NCBI GenBank assembly: GCA_043743205.1
Contig: JAYTXB010001125.1
Span: forward strand, 1 to 32,676
Direction of reading: 5' to 3'
DNA: 32,676 nucleotides
Source of the DNA: Schlesneria sp.
GTDB lineage: Bacteria > Planctomycetota > Planctomycetia > Planctomycetales > Planctomycetaceae
A model generated the notes under the pieces. The model was given only the letters and a program-made list of their open reading frames with translations. It was not told the origin of the DNA and ran no database searches. Shown piece by piece: positions 1 to 8,211 of the stretch. Made by a program: the position numbers and the translations under genes. How positions within the stretch are numbered: the first letter of the stretch is position 1; each line of letters begins with the position of its first letter.

Positions 1-81
1 CGACTCGTGCCTCGGTCAGAATCGAGCAAATATTGAGGAGCTGTCGCGGCTCCGGCTGCGTGAGGCTGCACCTTCACTAAA

Positions 82-2760
82 TTATTCGTCATCTTCGTCG
101 ATACCGATGGCCCATTCGGGGAACGGGACCAGCGGACCTTTGAGCGCGCGCCAGAGGATGCGGTTCAGGACGTCCTCGGGGGCTTTATCGACTTCGCGAA
201 AGTTGAGTTTCGCTGAGACCAAGGCGTCGTCTCGCAATTGCTGGTTCAAGATCGCGCTGGGTTGGGGATTCATTTGATCGAGCGGAACCCGATTGGCCAC
301 CGACTGGAACGGGGTCAGGTCGGGCTTGTCGGTGAAGCAGTCGAACATCGGCGTCGCACTGGCATCGAACTGGTTCATCAGCGGCAGTCCCAAGATCTGT
401 TCCATCGTGCGAATCACACTGGTTGTATTGTATTGCGTGCTGATGACCTGCCCCCGCTTCGCATACGGACTGATGCAATAGGCCGTGGTGCGGTAGCCGC
501 TGACATGGTCCCAGCCGGCCTGCGGGTCATCTTCAATGGCGAAGACCGCCATCTCGTTCCAGAACTTGGAGTGACTGAGCCCCTCAACGATCCGCCCGAT
601 GGCCAGGTCGTTGTCGGCCATGCAAGAAGCCGGTGTCGGACAGCCAGCGCTCGTGCCGCTGGTGTGATCGTTGGGCAGGCAGACGATGGTCAACTGGGGA
701 AACTCCCCCTTGGTCTCGAACTCTTTCAGTTCACGCAGGATGAAATCCGCCCGGTACTGGTCGGGGACTGCCATCTCCCAGCCCACGTAGTCGGTCGGCG
801 AGAATGGTCGGATCGACTCGATGGCCGGCTCGCTTTCGAAGAGGGCCTCTTTCGACTCTCCCTTCCAGGTGCGATAACAGGCCAAATAGTCGGGAGTGCC
901 TTTCTTGGCGGGATCGCTCCAGCGGACCTTGGGCATCATGAACTCGCCATAATTGCGAATCGACTTCTTGTGGGCGATGGCGTTGTCCCACAGGAACCCG
1001 GCGGGCGAATACGCCAGCGCGTCGGCTTCATCCACGCCCATCCCGTCGGGGTAACTGCGAGGGAAGCCGGCGAAACTCTTCTCCATGTAATCGGTGCTAA
1101 AGGCCGTCGTGCTCCACTGATGTCCGTCCGCGCTCAGGATGCCCGCGCAGTACGTGTTATCGAGCAGCACGAACTCGTTGACCAACTTGTGCTGATTCGG
1201 AGTGATCTCCTCGCCAAAGATGCACAGGTCGGGATGACCGCGCCCTTGCTTCAGCGCACCAAAGACTTGGTCATACGTGCGATTCTCCTTGATGATGTAC
1301 ACGACGTGCTTGATCAGGCTCGGTTCGCCGATCCGTTCCGGGATGGCCCGCGCGGGTTGGTTGGCACGGGCGGGCAGAGCTGCTTGAGCAATCGCGCCCC
1401 GGCGGATGTTCTTTGCGGCTCGCTCGGACAACTTCTTCAGATCGTCCGCATTCGGAATCGGCATCAGGGAGACCGATCCGTGGTAATGATGGGAATTGAA
1501 TCCCTCGGCGTTCCCCTGCTTCTTGGGCTTGATGGGCAGGCCCTTGATGTTGGCCACGCACAAGGCGTTTCGGCGGGCATCGAACAGTACGGCACCAGGG
1601 AACCAGCCAGCCGGAATCAATCCATCGAGCTTGGTGTCTCCCTTGTCTTCGGGGTCAAAGTGCATGACGCCGATAGCGTTCTGAGTTCCGTTGGCGACGA
1701 ACAAAGTCTTTCCCGAGGCGTCGAAGGCGAGGGCATTGGGCGACGCTCCGAACAGATCGGAAGGCTTGCTCTTGACCCACACGTTCTCGATCACGGTCTC
1801 CGTCGCCACGTCGATGATGCTCAAGTGGTCGCTGCCCGCATTCGCACAGACGACGTACTTTTGATCGGGCGAAACCGCCAGTGCCGAGGCATGCAGGCCG
1901 GTCAGGATCTCACTCGCGACTTTGTTCTCCTTCAGGTGAATCACGCTGACGGACCCTTCGCTGGCGATGTGCCGAACGGGATCGACGCGGATATTGGTGC
2001 CACGTCCGGCGGGTCCGGTGAGATCGCCCGCGGCGGGCCGTCGGCCAGCCCAGTTACTGACGAACGCCTTGTCTCCCACGAGTGCGATGTCATACGGGGC
2101 CATGCCCACGTCAAACGTCCGCAACACGGTCCCTGTGGCGGTCTCGATCTCGAGCAGTCGGTTCGAGAGGTTGCCGCACACGTAGAGCTTCGTGTCATCG
2201 GGCGACAATGCCAGTCCACTCGGGATCTCGGCTTTGCGGCGGGGTGCCGCCGCATCGGGCAGCGCGATGGTATGCGACGGCTGGATCGCCCCCGCTTCAT
2301 CGACGGCGAAGACCTTGATGGAACCATTCACATTGCTCAGATAAACGCGCCGGCCATCATGCGAAAACAGCAGACCGGTAAAGCTTACCTGGCCCTTCCG
2401 ATCCGGTTTCAGGATGTTCGGTGAGACCACCGCGGGTGGCTCCTTCCGGTCGTCATCGGGGAGGTCCACGCGTTGAATCACTTCCGCCTTTTCAACATCA
2501 ATCACCAGCAGTTCACGGGTCTTGCCCGAGACCAGTAGACGTTTGCCATCGGGCGACAGGGCCAATGCCTGTGGCCGCAGGCCAGCCAATTCCACCTGCC
2601 TTCCATACGGAGTCAGCACCTGATTGACGGGTGTGACAAGGAATTCTTCTCGCGAGCGCCCGACGAGATCGGTGGTCGATTCGATCTGTGCCTCCTGCCC
2701 CGGCGCGGAACCAATCCCCAGCGAAATCAGCACCAATCCAACTAAGCAACTGCGGAACAT
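82..2760 (-). CDS. Secreted YVTN/YncE beta-propeller + phosphoesterase (alkaline-phosphatase superfamily) protein
   Basis: Long ORF. Start trimmed to ATG 2760 (AAGGAAACGCA-ATG), followed by a signal peptide MFRSCLVGLVLISLG. Repeated P..LALSPDG/LYV.N blades. C-terminal KHVVYIIKENRTYDQVFG ... SADGHQW ... EDDPQAGWDHV phosphoesterase motifs. Confidence 0.88.
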   Translation of the reverse strand: MFRSCLVGLVLISLGIGSAPGQEAQIESTTDLVGRSREEFLVTPVNQVLTPYGRQVELAGLRPQALALSPDGKRLLVSGKTRELLVIDVEKAEVIQRVDLPDDDRKEPPAVVSPNILKPDRKGQVSFTGLLFSHDGRRVYLSNVNGSIKVFAVDEAGAIQPSHTIALPDAAAPRRKAEIPSGLALSPDDTKLYVCGNLSNRLLEIETATGTVLRTFDVGMAPYDIALVGDKAFVSNWAGRRPAAGDLTGPAGRGTNIRVDPVRHIASEGSVSVIHLKENKVASEILTGLHASALAVSPDQKYVVCANAGSDHLSIIDVATETVIENVWVKSKPSDLFGASPNALAFDASGKTLFVANGTQNAIGVMHFDPEDKGDTKLDGLIPAGWFPGAVLFDARRNALCVANIKGLPIKPKKQGNAEGFNSHHYHGSVSLMPIPNADDLKKLSERAAKNIRRGAIAQAALPARANQPARAIPERIGEPSLIKHVVYIIKENRTYDQVFGALKQGRGHPDLCIFGEEITPNQHKLVNEFVLLDNTYCAGILSADGHQWSTTAFSTDYMEKSFAGFPRSYPDGMGVDEADALAYSPAGFLWDNAIAHKKSIRNYGEFMMPKVRWSDPAKKGTPDYLACYRTWKGESKEALFESEPAIESIRPFSPTDYVGWEMAVPDQYRADFILRELKEFETKGEFPQLTIVCLPNDHTSGTSAGCPTPASCMADNDLAIGRIVEGLSHSKFWNEMAVFAIEDDPQAGWDHVSGYRTTAYCISPYAKRGQVISTQYNTTSVIRTMEQILGLPLMNQFDASATPMFDCFTDKPDLTPFQSVANRVPLDQMNPQPSAILNQQLRDDALVSAKLNFREVDKAPEDVLNRILWRALKGPLVPFPEWAIGIDEDDE

Positions 2761-2818
2761 TGCGTTTCCTTGGAATACGTTGGGAATCACTTCAAGCTGC
2801 CAAACATTGGACTGGGCA

Positions 2819-3874
2819 CTAGCGGTAATAACTCGGCTGGCGCGGCACGACGTTGAGCTTCGGATAGTCAAACCCGCTTTTCAGAGGCTCGTACTCGCCC
2901 ACGATCTCGACGCTTGAGGAGGGGTCGATCACCTGCTCCATCGCCAGGCACCAGTAAATGCCATTGACGGTTAGACGCCTTAACCCCGCATTGCGATAGT
3001 CTTCGGCGCTGCCCATCGTCGTGTGGAAGACCCGCGCGGTCTGGCCCTGAGCCCCGGTCCACGTCTTGACCCAGGCGACCGGAAGCGCAATCAACTCCGG
3101 GTTCACGATGTTGTCCGGTTTTCGCCCCATCAGCGGCTGGCCGTCGATGAGCGGGACGCATCCCACCGGAAGGCTGCCGCCCTCTTTGAAGGTCCGATAG
3201 ACATCCGTGAGTCCCCACACATCGCGGACCCCCTTCAGCACCGGATGCTCCTTGTTCGCTTCGACGAGGATGCCGCGAGTGGAATCCTGTTGCCAGTGGC
3301 CGTGATGATTGCGAAATGAGCCGCCCAGGATGTCCTCGCCGAAATCAATCCGCTTGCCGGCGACCTTGTACTCAAACCCAAGAAATCCATGGTTCGCCGT
3401 ACGGATGCCAATGATCGGCTTACCCGAGTCGAGGTAATCGTAGACGTGCTTCAGCTGCACTTCGGGAAGCGAAATCAGCCGACTGAACAGGATCACGAGA
3501 TCGGCACGTTCCAGATGTTCCAACCCGGGGATGTTGTGCATGACCGTTTTGTCTTCCCAGCGGATTTTCTTCGTCGGATCGACTTCGTTCTGATCATTCA
3601 CGCTGAAGAGCACGGTGCATTGAAAGCCGTGATGTTTGGCGAGCAACCGCGCGAGCATCGGCAACGCTTGCTCGCTGCGATACTCCTGATCAGCGGCGAT
3701 GAGCACGATGTGCTTCCCCTGGCCCGGCCCCTCGCCGCCGGGATAGGTCAACCACAGCGGGCTTTCGGGCACCGGATGCTCGGCCGCGCGTAATCCCCGC
3801 TCGCTTATGAACGGCCACTCGCACAACAACAAGAACAGGCTTATCGCAGCTGTCTGGATCATGGACCGAGTCAT
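2819..3874 (-). CDS. ThuA-like (class I glutamine-amidotransferase-like) domain secreted protein
   Basis: RBS GAGGAA before ATG and a signal peptide. Motifs HIVLIAADQEYRSEQALP, GIRTANHGF, HPVLKGV, PVAW and RVFHTTMG are typical of PVC ThuA-like proteins. Confidence 0.85.
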   Translation of the reverse strand: MTRSMIQTAAISLFLLLCEWPFISERGLRAAEHPVPESPLWLTYPGGEGPGQGKHIVLIAADQEYRSEQALPMLARLLAKHHGFQCTVLFSVNDQNEVDPTKKIRWEDKTVMHNIPGLEHLERADLVILFSRLISLPEVQLKHVYDYLDSGKPIIGIRTANHGFLGFEYKVAGKRIDFGEDILGGSFRNHHGHWQQDSTRGILVEANKEHPVLKGVRDVWGLTDVYRTFKEGGSLPVGCVPLIDGQPLMGRKPDNIVNPELIALPVAWVKTWTGAQGQTARVFHTTMGSAEDYRNAGLRRLTVNGIYWCLAMEQVIDPSSSVEIVGEYEPLKSGFDYPKLNVVPRQPSYYR

Positions 3875-3917
3875 GCGGGTTCCTCAGCAAGTCGATGTTA
3901 GGGAGTGGCGAGCGAGT

Positions 3918-5429
3918 TTACTTCGCGGTGGGAATCTCGTTGACGGTGTAATACGCATTGCGATGCAAGAGCTCTTCGTTGTCCCGCGTGCGAAGTCCGC
4001 CCAGATCAAACTCATAAACGTGGCCTCGCGTCAGTTGGCCGATCGTCAGCTGCGCACTCAGCCCATCGTCGGCGAGTTTGACTTTGGTGATGGCGGGTGT
4101 CGTCCGGTCGATCTCGGGCCCGCCGTAGCCGCCGTGATAGGGATGAGTGAATGTCGACACGCGGTAGGACGCGGGATCGCTGCCGGTCTTCGAATCGACG
4201 GGCTTCGTGAACACGACGTGAAAGCCATCCGGGCGAATCGTGATCCGCTGGATCTCGAACGGCATACGACCGCTCCAGTCGAGGCGTTCCAAGGCAAAGG
4301 GTTTGATGCCGCGAACGGGCCATCCTCGATTCGTTCCGCCGCACACCAGCTTGCCACCTTCGGTGAAGGACACGTTGAGGATGCCGGTCGATAGACCTTC
4401 GCGGAACGGATAGCACGCTCCCTGCCACACCCCGTTCACCTCCTCGGTCGTCGCCCGCATGATCAGCGACTGCGTGTAGTCCCCGAGAAAGATCTGATTC
4501 TCGAATGGCCCGAACTTGCCTTTAGTCTTGTCCACCACGAATCCGGTGATCGAGCGTCCCATGCGAATGTAGGGGAAGACGACGGCGTAGGGCGTCAGTT
4601 GCTTGACGCGTTCGCGTTCGACGACGATTCGCGAGCCCGACTTCGGCTGCTCGGGAACCGGCCCCATCTCGGGGAGGAACTTGTACCAATTGAAGCTAGC
4701 CGGGTGGCCTTGAAAGCTGCGCGGCGTGAGTGCCTTCAAGCTGCACGAGCAGTTCCAGGGGCCTTGGCTTTCGATGTAGAACAGGGCTCCATATTCGTTG
4801 GGGCCGATGCCGCCGGGGCTGCGCAGGCCGCTGGAAAACGCCTCGGTCTTCCCTTCGGGAGTGACCTTGACGACAAAGCCTCGCAGCAGCGCATGCGACT
4901 CGTACGAGTTCGACAACCCCAGCGCAATGAACATATTTCCCGCAGGGTCGAACTTCGAGCCGAACGCGTACTCGTGATAGTTGGCGTAGCCCCAAGCATC
5001 CGAGATCGTGTCGAAGCGATCCGCCTGGCCGTCGTTGTTCGAGTCGCTGATGCGGGTCAGTTCACAGCTCTGTGCCACATAAAACGCGTTGTCTTTGTAG
5101 GACAGGCCGAAGATCTCGTCGAGGCCCGTGGCGAACAGCTGATACGTCGGACTCGGTTTCTGGTCGTCGATCCCACTGATGAGGTACAGGTCGCCATGTC
5201 GCGTGCCCACGGCGATGCGACCATCGGGCAGGGGGCAAAACGCACCGGCCTCGATCACGAGTTCCGTGGGAATCGGCACGTTGACGATCGGGTAATACTC
5301 GCGCTCCCGCTCTTCCGTGCCCCAGCGATCGCCAACATCTTCGGCTCGGGCGGGAGTCAACGCCAGCACGCAGAGGATGAGACCAAGGCTCCGACCGGCG
5401 AGGCGCAGGCTATTTTTGCAAAAGTTCAT
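3918..5429 (-). CDS. Secreted PVC-type glucose/sorbosone-dehydrogenase-like beta-propeller protein
   Basis: Signal peptide ending ARA. Motifs ELTRISDSNNDGQAD, YHEYAFG, GLRSPGGIG, GKFGPFENQIFLGD and WQGACYPF. Its start overlaps the 3' end of the cytochrome gene. Confidence 0.75.
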   Translation of the reverse strand: MNFCKNSLRLAGRSLGLILCVLALTPARAEDVGDRWGTEEREREYYPIVNVPIPTELVIEAGAFCPLPDGRIAVGTRHGDLYLISGIDDQKPSPTYQLFATGLDEIFGLSYKDNAFYVAQSCELTRISDSNNDGQADRFDTISDAWGYANYHEYAFGSKFDPAGNMFIALGLSNSYESHALLRGFVVKVTPEGKTEAFSSGLRSPGGIGPNEYGALFYIESQGPWNCSCSLKALTPRSFQGHPASFNWYKFLPEMGPVPEQPKSGSRIVVERERVKQLTPYAVVFPYIRMGRSITGFVVDKTKGKFGPFENQIFLGDYTQSLIMRATTEEVNGVWQGACYPFREGLSTGILNVSFTEGGKLVCGGTNRGWPVRGIKPFALERLDWSGRMPFEIQRITIRPDGFHVVFTKPVDSKTGSDPASYRVSTFTHPYHGGYGGPEIDRTTPAITKVKLADDGLSAQLTIGQLTRGHVYEFDLGGLRTRDNEELLHRNAYYTVNEIPTAK

Positions 5430-7812
5430 AGGTCAGCACCTGTGTGGACTTGCCTTGGGGAATTTCAAATTGCAACAACAGCTCGCGACTCTTCTCGTCG
5501 GACGTGTTTGGTCGCAAGACGGTGTGCATGGCCGGAATGCTGAGCCTCAGCTCCGGAGTCTTGAATTGCTGTTTCGTTTCCGATTCGATGTTCCCCGTCA
5601 GTGCCCGTAACCAGAAGGTCCGTTTGGTCGGCGAGTTCAGGGTCAAGGTTCGCACCAACCGGGGCTTGCCAGAGGCTTGGTCGGGTGATGTCAACTCGGC
5701 GACGCTTCGATCCTCGATCTCCACCTCACCGCTGCGATACCGCAGCGTCGGAATGTCCAGCTCACCCAAGTGGTATCCTTGGAACTGATAGCCGCGATTT
5801 TTGGGGTAGTGGGGATCTGGATTCGCTGGCGCCTCTTTCGTCATGACTGGTCGGAGCGGCCACGGTGCCGTCTCGTCCGGAAGTTCATAGAATGCGATGT
5901 CTTGGGCGAGTTGCGCTGGACGATGTGCTGGGTTGAAATCGCCTGAGCCCTGTCCGCTCCAGTTCACGCGCACGAAGTCGCCGCTCCAGATCGCCGTCAA
6001 ACTGCCGGTCTCGGCATTGAAGGCGTAGTTCAGCTTGCCGGGCAAGCCGACGGCGATCCCGCGATATCCGGCGACACCACTGCGTCCACGATAGACCCGA
6101 GCGTTGTCAGTCACGGTTAAGATCGAATCGACATTCTGCACTCCCGACGGCGTCTGAGCCGATGTGCCGAGCGACAGGTAGTACCAGATCGCGGCGATCT
6201 GGCGATTGGTGTCGCCGCCGAGCAGTGTCTTGTGCGAGGCGACTCCCCCACGCCACCCCGTCGGCATAACAGTCCGCGGACGGAACGCCGCCGGATCGAT
6301 CACGTAGTGGTAATACCAATTCGGATTCAGCCGCTCGGGGAAGGTCATCAGGTCGATGCCCTTTTTGTTCGACCCCTTGCCGTGGAACGTATGGCAGGCC
6401 ACGCAGGAGAGACCTTTGTCACCAACCAGCTCGCGACCGGCAGCCCGCATCTCCCGTTCGATCTCGTTTTCCTGCTCATTGCGATCCTCGGACTTTGGCA
6501 AGCTCCACTCGATGCTTTGCACCGAATCGAGCTTCGCAAACAGGGCGGGCAGGTGACGCAGGTTCGCCTCACCGAACTGAGGCATCCGCGTGAACATGTA
6601 GGGCCGCACGCTGTCGCCGTCGAACAGCATCTTCTTGAGTGCGACCGGTTGCAGCTTGGCACCGACCAGCGTCAACGGCGGCGGAATGCGGGCCTCGTCG
6701 CCGAGTTCCCGCTCACTCGTGGTGAACAACGGGTTCCGCTCCTCGTCGATACCGCCGAATTCGTCGCGAACATGACAAGCGATGCAGTTGAAGGCGAGCA
6801 GCGTCGAGGCGAGCAGCTTGGAGTCTTCCAGTGGTTGGGACGGTTGTTCGAGTCCCTCCTCGATCGCGCGCGTCTGATTCTCGGAGAGCGAAAAACGCGG
6901 CCAGTCACCCGGCTTCTTTGACAGACATCCGCGCGTCATGTCTGCACCTCGCAGGTCTCGCGCTCGCATGGTTGTAGCGCGAATTTCACCCAATTGGTGG
7001 CACGCAGCACAGTTCAACTGCTCGAAGTGTTTCTTCCCCGCAGCGACCAATTCGGGCTTTAGCTCGAAAGGGGGCTTGGGCTCTACCGCAGCAGGTTCCT
7101 TCGCGGCGGAGATCAAGTAGTAGGCGATCGATTGTGACTCGGCCTTCGTCAACTTCATGTCGGGCATCCGCCCCGAGGCTCGCACGTTCAGCGGTTGATG
7201 CACGAATTGGGCCAGCGAAGAGACACTGTACTTCGCCGCGAGATGGCTTAGCGTCACCACGCCGTCGCGGGGCACCTCCTTTCCATCCTCTTCGCGCGGC
7301 GCGTGACAGGCCACGCAGCCAATGGTGTGAAACAGCGATTTTCCCGCAGCCACTTCCTCCGGAACGATCGGCGTCCGACTGAACTTGGTAGGCGATTGAG
7401 CGACGAGAAAATGCGTGAGGGCCTCAGTGATTTGTGCTTGCTGCTCAGCGGGGTGAGAAGCGAGCATCTCCGGCATCGTCGTTCCTTCGTGGGCACGAGA
7501 GGGGGATGCGAGAAAGCGTTTCAGATACTCGGGCGAAACTCGCGCCCCGACCTCGGCCAAGGCTGGGGCCGTGCGTGCTGACGCTGTCATCTTCGCCTTG
7601 TCGCCATGGCAAGCCGCACAGCGCAGCTCGTCGATCAAGAGTCGGCCCAGCTCCGGCTCGGAGAGCGGATGCTCGCGCGACAGACCCGGCAGAACCGGAG
7701 CGGCAGTGGCCGTACCAGTGATCACGATCAGCCCGCCGAGAAGGACGAACTGCGCGACGATCCGTGACCAGGGACAGCGGATCCAAAGCGACTCAAAGAG
7801 GCCGTGACTCAC
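5410..7812 (-). CDS. Penta-heme c-type cytochrome (PVC type)
   Basis: Five CxxCH motifs (CAACH, CVACH, CAACH, CIACH, CVACH). Hydrophobic N-terminal signal or anchor. Start chosen at GTG 7812, preceded by AAGGAG (alternatives 7836 or 7851). Confidence 0.88.
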   Translation of the reverse strand: MSHGLFESLWIRCPWSRIVAQFVLLGGLIVITGTATAAPVLPGLSREHPLSEPELGRLLIDELRCAACHGDKAKMTASARTAPALAEVGARVSPEYLKRFLASPSRAHEGTTMPEMLASHPAEQQAQITEALTHFLVAQSPTKFSRTPIVPEEVAAGKSLFHTIGCVACHAPREEDGKEVPRDGVVTLSHLAAKYSVSSLAQFVHQPLNVRASGRMPDMKLTKAESQSIAYYLISAAKEPAAVEPKPPFELKPELVAAGKKHFEQLNCAACHQLGEIRATTMRARDLRGADMTRGCLSKKPGDWPRFSLSENQTRAIEEGLEQPSQPLEDSKLLASTLLAFNCIACHVRDEFGGIDEERNPLFTTSERELGDEARIPPPLTLVGAKLQPVALKKMLFDGDSVRPYMFTRMPQFGEANLRHLPALFAKLDSVQSIEWSLPKSEDRNEQENEIEREMRAAGRELVGDKGLSCVACHTFHGKGSNKKGIDLMTFPERLNPNWYYHYVIDPAAFRPRTVMPTGWRGGVASHKTLLGGDTNRQIAAIWYYLSLGTSAQTPSGVQNVDSILTVTDNARVYRGRSGVAGYRGIAVGLPGKLNYAFNAETGSLTAIWSGDFVRVNWSGQGSGDFNPAHRPAQLAQDIAFYELPDETAPWPLRPVMTKEAPANPDPHYPKNRGYQFQGYHLGELDIPTLRYRSGEVEIEDRSVAELTSPDQASGKPRLVRTLTLNSPTKRTFWLRALTGNIESETKQQFKTPELRLSIPAMHTVLRPNTSDEKSRELLLQFEIPQGKSTQVLTYELLQK

Positions 7813-8031
7813 CGAAAAACTCCTTGCGCCAGACATGAATGGCAGTCGCACCGCGCAGCACGCGCCAGCCGGAGGAGCCTACCGGCCCCGATTCCTTCAT
7901 GCGAGCGATTCGCTGATTGTTGCGCGTGTGGGTGGGGAGTTCCAAGGGCTCGGAACACGGACTCTTCCGGCTCGAATGTCCTTGAGCTGCGTTCACTCTC
8001 GCTGTCTCGGTGCCCGTGCCAAGCTGCCCGA

Positions 8032-8103
8032 GCGAAACCACTTCCCAGCGAAATCAGAACCAAACAAACTGAGCAGCAGCGGATCATTGTGTTTCCTTGG
8101 AAT
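8032..8103 (-). pseudogene. Relic copy of the RBS + signal-peptide region of the phosphoesterase gene (direct repeat of 2705-2776)
   Basis: Ungapped hand alignment gives 61/72 identical bases. Encodes MIRCCSVCLVLISLGSGFA versus MFRSCLVGLVLISLGIGSA. Similarity stops after the signal peptide. Confidence 0.8.
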
Positions 8104-8211
8104 GCAGACGGCGGAAGTCTGTTGATGTGTGGGCTGTAGACAAAGTGGCAGGCACGTCCGTGGCACCTTGCTTCCATCCACGTTGAAAGTCAGGCGACAG
8201 CCGCAGTTTTT

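Noticed and set aside
238-2424. 728-aa plus-strand ORF
   Set aside because: Antisense shadow of the phosphoesterase gene, which is common in high-GC DNA. No recognisable motifs.
2761-2871. N-terminal extension of the 929-aa ORF
   Set aside because: It overlaps the ThuA gene. The RBS and signal peptide point to ATG 2760.
7809-8177. 122-aa ORF with CDCHSC near its end, as a possible heme or metal protein
   Set aside because: CDCH is not CxxCH, and that part overlaps the cytochrome start region. Only the signal-peptide relic has support.
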